Source of the DNA: a virus
Lineage: Duplodnaviria > Caudoviricetes
Virus record (IMG/VR): IMGVR_UViG_3300035544_000022
Location: 1-34,582 of that record
Length of the DNA: 34,582 nt
Direction: 5' to 3' (one strand)
Shown here: one piece after another, positions 16,868 to 25,187 of the stretch
Layout of the letters: each line of letters starts with the position of its first letter
Position numbering within the stretch: position 1 is the stretch's first letter
Position numbers and translations under genes: made by a program
Notes under the pieces: generated by a model
What the model was told of the DNA's origin: nothing
The model's input: only the letters and a program-made list of their open reading frames with translations
The model's database searches: none

Positions 16868-19287
16868 TCCCGATTTTATATGATAATAAAGAAACAAGTT
16901 TTTCGTCGCTTGGTTTAGGTGTTTTGAAAGATGCTACAAGCGCTATCGTGACAGAAGAACGCAATGGTGTGTTTGAATTAGAATTAAAGTACAGCGTTGA
17001 TGGAAAACTGTTTAACGAATTGAAGAACGATCGTTACATTAAAGTTGATGCGAATCCAAACAGCAAAGACCAGTTGTTCAGAATTATCCGTGTTGATAAG
17101 CCGATAAAAGGAGAAGTGACAGTATACGCTGAACACGTGAGTTACTTATCGCGAGATGTTGCGTTAAATCCAGTCGTTTCTTATAACGGAAACGCAGGCA
17201 GCGCACTAAATACGTGGTTAGACAACTTGATTGACGCCACGACTTTCAGTGTGTTTAGCGATATACTTACTGTAAAAAGTGGCACATGGAATATTGAAGA
17301 TTATCAAAACGCTAGAAATGTTTTAGGTGGTAAACAAGGTTCAATCTTACAAAATTACGGTGGCGAATATCAATTTGACAACTATCACATTATGCTATGG
17401 AATCAACGTGGCAAAAATCGTGGTGTTCCGATTGTTTACGGTAAGAACATCATTGACTTAAATCAAGAAGAAGAAATAAACAGTACGTACACAAGTATTT
17501 ATCCGTATCGCGTTTATGAAGATGAAAACGGAAATAAGATACGTATCACATTAACAGAAAAGTACATCGATGGTGATTACGTTAATAATTATGGTCATCG
17601 TAAAATTAAGACGGTTGCATTTGATGATGAATCAATTACATCTGAACAAGCATTACGAGATAGAGCAACGCAATACGTACAAGACAATAACATTGGATTA
17701 CCAAAAGTTAATATAACGGTTAATTTTATTGACTTGGCAAGCACACTAAATTACAAAGATAGAGCAGTTGTTGAACAGATAGATTTATGTGACACACTTC
17801 CTATTATTTATGATAAAATAGGGATAGAAACAAAAGCAAAAATTGTTAAAGTTACTTATGATGCGTTGCGCGATCGTTATGAAACGTTAGAATTCGGTTC
17901 TATCAAAAGTAATCTATCACAAACAATCACAGAAACAGTCACGCAAGAAACAGAACGACTAGACAAAGAGATTGAATATGTACAGATTAGCGCTAACGGT
18001 AAGAACAAGATATTTAGAAGAGAAACAGAACCGACAGAGGGTATGACAGAAAATGATTTGTGGTATAAACCGGTCGGCGCAGGTGAAACAGAGTTATATC
18101 GCTTCACTGGTACAATGTGGTCGTTGGAAAAAGTATCAGCAGGGTTGCTTGGTGGTACGCTAGATGCCGGTAGTGGCGATTTAGACGTGATTAATTTAAA
18201 CGCTAGTAGTATCGTGACAGGAACGTTAGATGCTTCGTTAGTCAACGTGATTAATCTCAACGCTAACAACATCATAAGCGGAACGATTGATGCTAACATG
18301 ATTAATGCAACAACATTGAGCGCGATAACTGCGAATTTAGGTACAATTAACGCAGGTACGATTAACGGTGTACAGGTTAATTCAGCTAACATCGCTATAA
18401 CCGAAGATATAAAAGTTGGTAAGAATATCTACCTCGGCGATATGACAACTTTTTCAGAGTTAAAAATGGTTCGGTTTAATAATTCAGCGAATATCACGGG
18501 TGGCCGCGGCTTTGCCGGTGCGGGCATCGCCATAAACAGTGACGAGCTTTATCTTGGCGCCTTAGAAATTTACTTCGAGGGCGGTTCTACTGTTCAGTTC
18601 TTTTCGCAAACTGATACACAACGAAATCTTAATTTTAGCGGTCATTTAACGATTAATGTTAGCGGTCAGACGAACTTATCAAACACAACAATCAACGGTT
18701 CCACACCGTGGACAGACGGCAACGACGGAAGCGGTTCAGGTCTTAGTGCTGATGACGTCGATGGACTGCATGCTCATCAGTTTTTACGTAGTGACACGTC
18801 AGATTCTACGAGTGGTAGTCTAACCGTTGGTGGGTCGTTAACGACAGATAGCGGTCTTGTTGTCGGAAGTGGATTGACGATAAATGGCGGAACAATACGT
18901 AGTGTACCAACGTACAACTACACAACATCGCTAGCATCGAATATGCACATCGCAAGTAGCGGACTTGTTTATCGCTCGACATCCGCAAGCAAGTACAAAG
19001 GCGACATACAACCGATTACGCGCGACTTCAACGACGTTCTATCGCTCACACCAAAATCATGGTGGGATAAAGCGGAACTAGCTGAAAATAACGGTGATAC
19101 AACGGGCTTGTGGCGCCATCACGGACTTATTGCGGAGGACTTAGTTAACGCAGGACTTGACGAAATGGTTATCTGGTATGACGGTCAGCCGGAAGGCATA
19201 CAGTATGAACGCTTGGCGGTATACTTAATACCGATAGTAAGAAAATTGACGCAACGTGTCGAAGAATTAGAAAGGGTGATTAAATGA
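16864..19287 (+). CDS. Tail spike / Tal-type protein with C-terminal intramolecular chaperone (peptidase S74-like)
   Basis: MIPILYD...VTEERNGVFELELKY...YGKNI; C-terminus STSASKYKGDI...GLIAED...IQYERL...RVEELE. Confidence 0.85.
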   Translation: MIPILYDNKETSFSSLGLGVLKDATSAIVTEERNGVFELELKYSVDGKLFNELKNDRYIKVDANPNSKDQLFRIIRVDKPIKGEVTVYAEHVSYLSRDVALNPVVSYNGNAGSALNTWLDNLIDATTFSVFSDILTVKSGTWNIEDYQNARNVLGGKQGSILQNYGGEYQFDNYHIMLWNQRGKNRGVPIVYGKNIIDLNQEEEINSTYTSIYPYRVYEDENGNKIRITLTEKYIDGDYVNNYGHRKIKTVAFDDESITSEQALRDRATQYVQDNNIGLPKVNITVNFIDLASTLNYKDRAVVEQIDLCDTLPIIYDKIGIETKAKIVKVTYDALRDRYETLEFGSIKSNLSQTITETVTQETERLDKEIEYVQISANGKNKIFRRETEPTEGMTENDLWYKPVGAGETELYRFTGTMWSLEKVSAGLLGGTLDAGSGDLDVINLNASSIVTGTLDASLVNVINLNANNIISGTIDANMINATTLSAITANLGTINAGTINGVQVNSANIAITEDIKVGKNIYLGDMTTFSELKMVRFNNSANITGGRGFAGAGIAINSDELYLGALEIYFEGGSTVQFFSQTDTQRNLNFSGHLTINVSGQTNLSNTTINGSTPWTDGNDGSGSGLSADDVDGLHAHQFLRSDTSDSTSGSLTVGGSLTTDSGLVVGSGLTINGGTIRSVPTYNYTTSLASNMHIASSGLVYRSTSASKYKGDIQPITRDFNDVLSLTPKSWWDKAELAENNGDTTGLWRHHGLIAEDLVNAGLDEMVIWYDGQPEGIQYERLAVYLIPIVRKLTQRVEELERVIK

Positions 19288-20012
19288 GTTTATCAGAATT
19301 TAGACGGATAGACATTCGATTAGACAAAGCAAACGATTATATTCCGCAACGAATTTACGCAAAGCAAGGGGACGTAAACGGACGTGAGCTATACGTTCAG
19401 CTTACGAACAATGGCGAGGTTGCCAATACGACCGGAACAACGCTTAATCTCGGTTGGACGCACTTAGCGACAGGTGGGACGGGGTTAGATTCGTTCACTA
19501 TCGTTGATGTGACGCAAGGTATTTACAAACATTCGTTCACAACAGCGTTCTTGCAACCGGGCCGTGTCGAGTGTTCGATTCAGATTGTTACTGGAACGGA
19601 TATTGTAAATAGCCGGACGTTTATCGTAGATGTCGCTTCTAGCGCATTTAATGAAACAGCGGTTGCGAGCGATAATTCGTTTACAGTGTTGCAGGACGCT
19701 TTATTGACGGTGAGTTCTTACGATGGTAGGATTTTAACCCTCGAAAACACCAAGGCTGAGCAAGTTTATGTCGAAGGCGAAGTCGGTAGAATTGACGCAC
19801 AGTTGGCACAAAAGGCGAATCAAGCAGCCTTAGAAGTTGAGAAGGCACGAATAAACAACTTAACTGCTAACGCTGGTGACGTAACCAACAATGCTGAACT
19901 CTTGGATATACGAGTAGGTTATGACGGTATCACGTATACCACGGCAGGCGAAGCAGTAAGACAAACGATTGGCGCTTACATGACATTAGAAAACGAAAGT
20001 TGGGTGGTTTAA
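19284..20012 (+). CDS. BppU-like baseplate upper protein
   Basis: AKQGDVNGRELYVQLTNNG N-terminus; coiled coil; AELLDIRVGYDG...TAGEAVR motif. Confidence 0.8.
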   Translation: MSLSEFRRIDIRLDKANDYIPQRIYAKQGDVNGRELYVQLTNNGEVANTTGTTLNLGWTHLATGGTGLDSFTIVDVTQGIYKHSFTTAFLQPGRVECSIQIVTGTDIVNSRTFIVDVASSAFNETAVASDNSFTVLQDALLTVSSYDGRILTLENTKAEQVYVEGEVGRIDAQLAQKANQAALEVEKARINNLTANAGDVTNNAELLDIRVGYDGITYTTAGEAVRQTIGAYMTLENESWVV

Positions 20013-21470
20013 ATGGCTGATAAAATGATGCGTATGGCTGGACGAGATTACGCCTCCGGCCAAGCTAAAGCAATAAAAACAAACAACACAGGAGCAATCG
20101 AAGTCGCTAAATTAGATGAAATATTGAGTAATCAAAAAACAATAATCAACGTTATGAATAGCGATAAGTTAATTTTCGGTACGTACTGGGATAAGTCGAG
20201 TAATCCAGTTATGCAACGTACAGATGCGGCTGCGGGTTTAAACGCAGCAATAGGCATTGATGGCGAATACGTTGTTAATGACTTCGATAAGATGCCGATT
20301 TTCGGTGAAATACACGACGTGATGGACGAATACGGCAATTACTTCGTCAGAATACCTAAGTTTTACATTAAAAAAGTTGATGGTCCTAATTTTAAACTTG
20401 TTCAGGTATCAAAAACACGCTATCCGGGCTTTTACTTACCATTTGTTTTTTGGGATTTTGCCAATAATGTTGAGCTTGATTACTTTGATTTCGGTAAGTA
20501 CAAAGGCTCCGAAAGTGCAGATGGAAAACTGGAATCTAAGCCAGACAAGTTTCCGTTAATTAATAAAAATATTGTGCAGTTTAGAATTTTAGCAACAGCA
20601 AACAACGATGAAGTGAACGGCGTGACTGGCTATCAACAATTAGATATACACGCTGTGGACGTCTTACAGACGTTATTTACTGTTGAATTTGCAACGTTAC
20701 ACTCACAGTCTGTCATGCCCGGATTCACTGCAGGTAATTACTCAGATTCTCATGTTGTGACAATTGAAGAACTATCAACAAATCGCGCGATCGTATCAAA
20801 TGCAACAGCAAGCGCTTTTAGCGTTGGTGATCCAATCTCAATCGGTACGAGTCGCGGCGGTAATCAAATTTTTTACGGTCGAGAAATCACAGCTATCACA
20901 GTATACGACGCTGAAAATCAAGCCATTGAATTTAGCGGCGATCCTGTTGATATTAGCGTCGGAAATTTTGTTTATAACACCGGCTGGAAGAATGGATTTA
21001 GTCGCAATGTTTTGGCGACGAGTGGCGCTATCAAATCGAATAACGGAAAAACACCTTGTCATTATCGAGGGATTGAATCGCCGTGGGGCGACATTTATCA
21101 ATTCGTTGACGGCGTTAATTTTACAGATCATCAGACGTGGACGTGCGAAAACGCGAAACTATACGCTAGCAACGTATTCGCGGATCCGTACAAAAAAGTC
21201 AGCTATTTAAATTCGGCTACAAACGGATACGTAACAGATTTAGGACATGATCCGACACATCCGTACGCAGCACTACCGATTTCTGTTGGCGGAGGAACGA
21301 CAACATATTATGCAGATAACTATTATCAAACGCTAGGCGCGAGAATCGCACTCTTCGGTGGCTCTTGGTCCTCTGGAGCGTCTGCCGGTTTGTTCTTCTG
21401 GTATCTGTATTTTACGTCTTCGGCTGCGACTGTCACTATTGGCGGGCGCCTTCTTAAAAAGGCCTCTTAA
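20013..21470 (+). CDS. DGR target protein: probable receptor-binding protein with C-terminal C-type-lectin-like fold
   Basis: FVRIPKFY, YRGIESPWGDIYQFVDG, ends FGGSW...IGGRLLKK; the VR forms its 3' end; lies in the tail module. Confidence 0.88.
   Translation: MADKMMRMAGRDYASGQAKAIKTNNTGAIEVAKLDEILSNQKTIINVMNSDKLIFGTYWDKSSNPVMQRTDAAAGLNAAIGIDGEYVVNDFDKMPIFGEIHDVMDEYGNYFVRIPKFYIKKVDGPNFKLVQVSKTRYPGFYLPFVFWDFANNVELDYFDFGKYKGSESADGKLESKPDKFPLINKNIVQFRILATANNDEVNGVTGYQQLDIHAVDVLQTLFTVEFATLHSQSVMPGFTAGNYSDSHVVTIEELSTNRAIVSNATASAFSVGDPISIGTSRGGNQIFYGREITAITVYDAENQAIEFSGDPVDISVGNFVYNTGWKNGFSRNVLATSGAIKSNNGKTPCHYRGIESPWGDIYQFVDGVNFTDHQTWTCENAKLYASNVFADPYKKVSYLNSATNGYVTDLGHDPTHPYAALPISVGGGTTTYYADNYYQTLGARIALFGGSWSSGASAGLFFWYLYFTSSAATVTIGGRLLKKAS
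21351..21450 (+). repeat. DGR variable repeat (VR)
   Basis: Ungapped alignment to 21529-21628 with 17 mismatches, all opposite A in TR. Confidence 0.96.
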
Positions 21471-21498
21471 GGGGGGTAAGGGGGGAGTACTCCCCCCT
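21441..21498 (+). promoter_or_regulatory. DGR homing signals: GC element, IMH and hairpin/cruciform
   Basis: GGCGGGCGCC, then TTCTTAAAAAG (TR copy reads CTCTTATTAAAG), then perfect 20-bp palindrome AGGGGGGAGTACTCCCCCCT at 21479-21498. Confidence 0.85.
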
Positions 21499-21505
21499 AG
21501 GTTTT

Positions 21506-21740
21506 GGGGTGGAAGATGCAAGCTCGCGCAATTCGGTGGCAATTGGAACAATGGAGCGAATGCCGGTTTGTTCTTCTGGAATCTGAATTATACGTCTTCG
21601 AATGCGAATGTCAATATTGGCGGGCGCCCTCTTATTAAAGAGAATGCAGTAATTACTATTGCATCTTTCATTCCGCGCCACTTGGCGAAAATTAGACCGA
21701 CAAAGAGCACGGCTGAGTAGCGATGCCGAAAATCCGTGAG
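21506..21740 (+). ncRNA. DGR template RNA core (5' flank + TR + structured spacer)
   Basis: 16-bp helix 21506-21521/21659-21674 with three G-U pairs; spacer hairpins CGCC-actt-GGCG and CACGG...CCGTG. Ends approximate. Confidence 0.65.
21529..21628 (+). repeat. DGR template repeat (TR)
   Basis: Nine AAY codons in the VR-equivalent frame; 24 adenines; intergenic, upstream of RT. Confidence 0.96.
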
Positions 21741-21766
21741 GTTAATAAGAAAAAAGGAGAAACTCT

Positions 21767-22873
21767 TTGAAAAGATTTGGTTACTTATTTGACGAAATAA
21801 CGTCAATAGACAATATACAATTAGCAATTCATAAAGCGTCCAAAGGTAAGAAAAAACAACGTAGAGTTATTGCTATCCTGGATAACGAATATTTCTACGC
21901 TAATCAAATTAGAAACATGTTGATCAATGACGACTTTATCCCCTGTGAACCCAAAATCACAACGATAAAGGACGCGGGAACAGGAAAAGAACGCAAGATA
22001 TACAAACCTAAATTTTATCCGGACCAAATCATACATTGGTCGCTGATGTTGGTGTTAGAGCCAATTTTGATGAAGGGTATGTATCGTTATTCGTGTGGGA
22101 GTATCCCGGGACGAGGGACGTCATTTGGCCAAAAGGCGGTGAGAAAATGGATGGATAACGACCGTAAGAACACAAAATATTGTTTTAAGATGGATGTTAA
22201 AAAGTTTTATAACTCCATCGATAACGATTTGATGAAAGCGTGTTTTAAGAAGAAAATCAAAGATAAAAAGTGTCTGAATCTTATTTTTAAGATAATCGAC
22301 AGTGTGGATGGACAGCCAATTGGTTACTATACATCACCTTGGTTTTCAAATTTCTTTTTACAAGGCTTAGATCATTACATCAAAGAAAAATTAAAAGCTG
22401 TTTATTATGTGCGTTACGTGGATGACTTAGTTATTTTCGGTCCAAACAAAAGAAAATTACACAAGATGCACAAGATGATAAAAGTCTATCTCGCTAATCT
22501 TAAACTAAGTATTAAAAAGAATTGGCAAGTGTTTCGAACAGCATGCAGAGACGTTGATTTTCTAGGTGTAAGGTTCTTCAAAGATAAAACAATTTTGAGA
22601 AAGAGAAACGCACTTAAAATAAGACGTCGAGTTAAGAAAATCATCAAAAAAGGTTACTTAAATGAAAAAGATGCATCCGCTGTTGTGAGTTACTGGGGAT
22701 GGATCAAGAGAACGAACAGCTACACGTTTTACAACAAGTACGTCAGTCCGTTTATCACGATAGAATTATGTAGAAAGGTAGTGAGTGTTAATGCCAAAAT
22801 ACGGCAAGCTAATCAATGGAGAATTACAAACAAGCAACCATATTATGCAAGATTACAAACCAATTACGTATGA
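21767..22873 (+). CDS. DGR reverse transcriptase
   Basis: KERKIY, SCGSIPGRG, KMDVKKFY, GQPIGYYTSPWFSN, YVRYVDD, VDFLG, SYWGW; AAGGAG RBS with TTG start. Confidence 0.96.
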   Translation: MKRFGYLFDEITSIDNIQLAIHKASKGKKKQRRVIAILDNEYFYANQIRNMLINDDFIPCEPKITTIKDAGTGKERKIYKPKFYPDQIIHWSLMLVLEPILMKGMYRYSCGSIPGRGTSFGQKAVRKWMDNDRKNTKYCFKMDVKKFYNSIDNDLMKACFKKKIKDKKCLNLIFKIIDSVDGQPIGYYTSPWFSNFFLQGLDHYIKEKLKAVYYVRYVDDLVIFGPNKRKLHKMHKMIKVYLANLKLSIKKNWQVFRTACRDVDFLGVRFFKDKTILRKRNALKIRRRVKKIIKKGYLNEKDASAVVSYWGWIKRTNSYTFYNKYVSPFITIELCRKVVSVNAKIRQANQWRITNKQPYYARLQTNYV

Positions 22874-23009
22874 ACAGATACCAGATTTTGACCAACAAAC
22901 GCATGCTGTTTATCAGTTAGATCCAGTCGATCGCGGAGACGACATTTATATCGGCATCAGAGTCGAAGAATTAGAGTTAGAAGATTTCGATGACACATTT
23001 GAATTTTAA
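22791..23009 (+). CDS. Small acidic protein overlapping the RT 3' end (possibly tail-fibre associated)
   Basis: MPKYGKLINGEL...YKPITY...; ATG at 22791 inside the RT ORF. Confidence 0.7.
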   Translation: MPKYGKLINGELQTSNHIMQDYKPITYEQIPDFDQQTHAVYQLDPVDRGDDIYIGIRVEELELEDFDDTFEF

Positions 23010-23023
23010 AAGGAGGAATACGA

Positions 23024-23167
23024 ATGAACTACGACATTAATAACGTACTAAACGCGTTATCAAACGAATATGCGCAACAACTAGCGCAAGCCAATCGAAA
23101 GGTAGCAATTTTGACAGAAGAAATCCGTATTTTGAAAGAAGAAAAAGAAGAAACGGAAAAATCGTAA
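23024..23167 (+). CDS. Small coiled-coil protein (47 aa, not in ORF track)
   Basis: AAGGAGG RBS; MNYDINNVLNALSNEYAQQLAQANRKVAIL... Confidence 0.7.
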   Translation: MNYDINNVLNALSNEYAQQLAQANRKVAILTEEIRILKEEKEETEKS

Positions 23168-23168
23168 T

Positions 23169-23441
23169 ATGGACTTAACAACAATCAAAGACAGTCTATA
23201 CATTGCCGGAATCATGATAAGCGCAGTTGTTGCTTTTTACAAAATAGCGAAAAATCTCAACACAACACTACTTAATCTAAACTATGAAATTAGTAAATTA
23301 AATGACAACATGGACTACACACAAAAAGAGATGCGCAAAGCTAACGAAATAACGAATCAACGCTTAAATAAAGGTTCAGAGAAGTTTAATAATCACGAAG
23401 TAAGAATCACAAAACTTGAAACATGGAGGGATAGCAAATGA
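23169..23441 (+). CDS. Holin-like / lysis-associated membrane protein
   Basis: N-terminal TM helix plus coiled coil ending HEVRITKLE; precedes holin. Confidence 0.65.
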   Translation: MDLTTIKDSLYIAGIMISAVVAFYKIAKNLNTTLLNLNYEISKLNDNMDYTQKEMRKANEITNQRLNKGSEKFNNHEVRITKLETWRDSK

Positions 23442-23680
23442 ATTTAAATGGTGTAACAAAATCTACTTGGGTGCGCTTAATTAGTATGTTACTCGTATTC
23501 ATCAATTTGATCGCGCGTGAGCTATTTAACTTTGAGCTACTACCATTTGACGATGAACAAATTAACGACGGTGTGAGCGTGTTGTTAACGGTTGTCATCG
23601 CTACTTGGGGAACGTGGAAGAATAACAGTGTCACAACGAAAGCACAGGAAGCGGATAAAGTTTTGAAAGGAGATAAATAA
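23438..23680 (+). CDS. SPP1-family holin
   Basis: TWVRLI...LLPFDDEQI...WKNNSVTTKAQEAD; two TM segments. Confidence 0.9.
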   Translation: MNLNGVTKSTWVRLISMLLVFINLIARELFNFELLPFDDEQINDGVSVLLTVVIATWGTWKNNSVTTKAQEADKVLKGDK

Positions 23681-23681
23681 C

Positions 23682-24359
23682 ATGAGAGTAGCATTAGATG
23701 CAGGACACGGATTAAATACACCAGGAAAACGCACACCAGACGGAGAACGCGAATGGTCATTTAATAACAAGGTTGTCAAAGCGATTACAGAGCGATTGAA
23801 CGATTATGAAGATGTTAGTATCGTTAGACTAGACGACCCGACAGGTAAGCGTGACGTCCCTTTAAATGAGCGCACGTACAAAGCTAACAAATCTAAAGCG
23901 GATATTCTTGTATCAATTCACCATAACGCAAACAGTGGCAAATGGGGTTCATGGGGTGGAACAGAAACATATTCATATGAAGCAAATCTACCGCAAGCAG
24001 AAAAGCTAGCGAAAACGATTAACGATCGCGTTGTTTCTATTAACGGATTAAGAAATCGTGGCACGAAGAAAGCAAACTTCCACATGTTACGAGAATCAAA
24101 CATGACAGCCGTATTACCAGAATTAGGATTCATGGATTCCACAACAGATATTAAAGTCATGCGTGATGATAACATGTTAAAGAAAATCGGTTATGGGATC
24201 GCTGATGAAATTGCTGAATACGGTAAACTTAAACTTAAAAAAGTTGATAAAGAACTTTATCGCGTTCAAACGGGTGCTTTCAGTAACAAAGATAACGCTG
24301 ATAGACTAGCTAAACAGCTTGAAAAAGCAGGGTTTGACACGTACATTGTTAAATATTAA
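23682..24359 (+). CDS. Endolysin: N-acetylmuramoyl-L-alanine amidase (Amidase_3) with SPOR domain
   Basis: LDAGHG, E, VSIHHNA, LPELGFMD; C-terminal LYRVQTGAFSNKDNA. Confidence 0.94.
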   Translation: MRVALDAGHGLNTPGKRTPDGEREWSFNNKVVKAITERLNDYEDVSIVRLDDPTGKRDVPLNERTYKANKSKADILVSIHHNANSGKWGSWGGTETYSYEANLPQAEKLAKTINDRVVSINGLRNRGTKKANFHMLRESNMTAVLPELGFMDSTTDIKVMRDDNMLKKIGYGIADEIAEYGKLKLKKVDKELYRVQTGAFSNKDNADRLAKQLEKAGFDTYIVKY

Positions 24360-24365
24360 TTTCGG

Positions 24366-24392
24366 GCACTCACTTAGGTGGGTGCTTTTTTA
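24366..24392 (+). terminator. Terminator ending the late operon
   Basis: GCACTCAC-ttag-GTGGGTGC followed by T run. Confidence 0.8.
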
Positions 24393-24427
24393 TTTAAAAA
24401 AAACTTCAACTTTTTCATTAAATATAC

Positions 24428-24456
24428 TTGCATAAGATAAAGTAATATGGTATACT
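24428..24456 (+). promoter_or_regulatory. Early sigma-A promoter, copy 1
   Basis: TTGCAT-17 nt-TATACT with TG. Confidence 0.8.
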
Positions 24457-24483
24457 ATAAGTATAGTAAAGATAACAAAGGAG

Positions 24484-24723
24484 ATGGCGAACATGGAAGT
24501 GAATTTCATTTTAGAAAAAGAGGAAGAAAAAGCAAAAGAATTAATGATTGACGATCTAGCTAGCGAATTTGTAGATTATTTATCAGAAACATTTGAAGAT
24601 GAAGCGGACGAGGAATTGGTTAACAACTGGTTAAATGAACGGTATAAAACTTTCGTATTGGCATTAGGAGATGAATCAGATAAGGTTATTCAAGATTTCA
24701 AAACAAATATAGCTTATTTATAA
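24484..24723 (+). CDS. Acidic hypothetical early protein
   Basis: Own promoter and AAAGGAG RBS; start could be ATG at 24493. Confidence 0.75.
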   Translation: MANMEVNFILEKEEEKAKELMIDDLASEFVDYLSETFEDEADEELVNNWLNERYKTFVLALGDESDKVIQDFKTNIAYL

Positions 24724-24731
24724 AATAATAC

Positions 24732-24760
24732 TTGCACAAGATAAAGTAATATGATATAAT
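24732..24760 (+). promoter_or_regulatory. Early sigma-A promoter, copy 2
   Basis: TTGCAC-17 nt-TATAAT with TG; near-identical to copy 1. Confidence 0.82.
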
Positions 24761-24781
24761 GAACTTAACAAATCAAAGGAG

Positions 24782-24973
24782 ATGGCATACATGCTAATAA
24801 TTACAAACGTAACACAAGACAAAGTGAGAGAAACAAACGATATTTTATACACCGTTCAATTTTGGAAAGCAGACGATCACATTACAATTTACGATGGTGG
24901 AACACCGATATTTGAAGGATCGTTACTAAGCATGTTAAAAAGTAAATCATTAAGAGAAAGAGATTTATTATAA
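24782..24973 (+). CDS. Hypothetical early protein
   Basis: Promoter and RBS; start could be ATG at 24791. Confidence 0.7.
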   Translation: MAYMLIITNVTQDKVRETNDILYTVQFWKADDHITIYDGGTPIFEGSLLSMLKSKSLRERDLL

Positions 24974-24986
24974 AAGGAGGAACAAC

Positions 24987-25187
24987 ATGACAAACGAACA
25001 AAAGGTGATGGCGCTGATACTAGCGCCTAAGCCTACAAATTACGAGGTGTGGCAAGAAACAGGCATCTCACAAGCAACATTATCAAGAATTAAAAGCGGT
25101 CATATTGACGTTAATAAACTCACGTCAGAACGCTTTAATAAACTTTTGAAATGCTATTACAGAAACGAGGCTAAAATAAATGAATAG
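24987..25187 (+). CDS. XRE/Cro-like HTH protein
   Basis: TNYEVWQETGISQATLSRIKSG...VNKLT; AAGGAGG RBS. Confidence 0.8.
   Translation: MTNEQKVMALILAPKPTNYEVWQETGISQATLSRIKSGHIDVNKLTSERFNKLLKCYYRNEAKINE

Larger units (their letters stand above)
20013..22873 (+). mobile_element. Diversity-generating retroelement (target/VR - IMH - hairpin - TR - spacer - RT)
   Basis: 100-bp VR/TR pair differing only at TR adenines, next to an intact RT. Confidence 0.96.

Noticed and set aside
16864-20012. Second DGR target in the tail spike or baseplate genes
   Set aside because: No further TR-like copy or GGCGGGCGCC element found by eye; a BLASTn of TR against the genome would confirm.
21471-21512. G-quadruplex from the G tracts after VR
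   Set aside because: The second tract is explained by the DGR hairpin and the later G's by the 16-bp RNA helix; no independent support.
21358-21720. 120-aa ORF spanning VR, hairpin and TR as a possible avd or second target
   Set aside because: No RBS; starts out of frame inside the target gene; its similarity to the target is just the TR read in frame.
21767-22873. RT as group II intron, retron or Abi RT
   Set aside because: No intron-sized RNA flanks or msr/msd arrangement; the adenine-specific TR/VR pair identifies a DGR.
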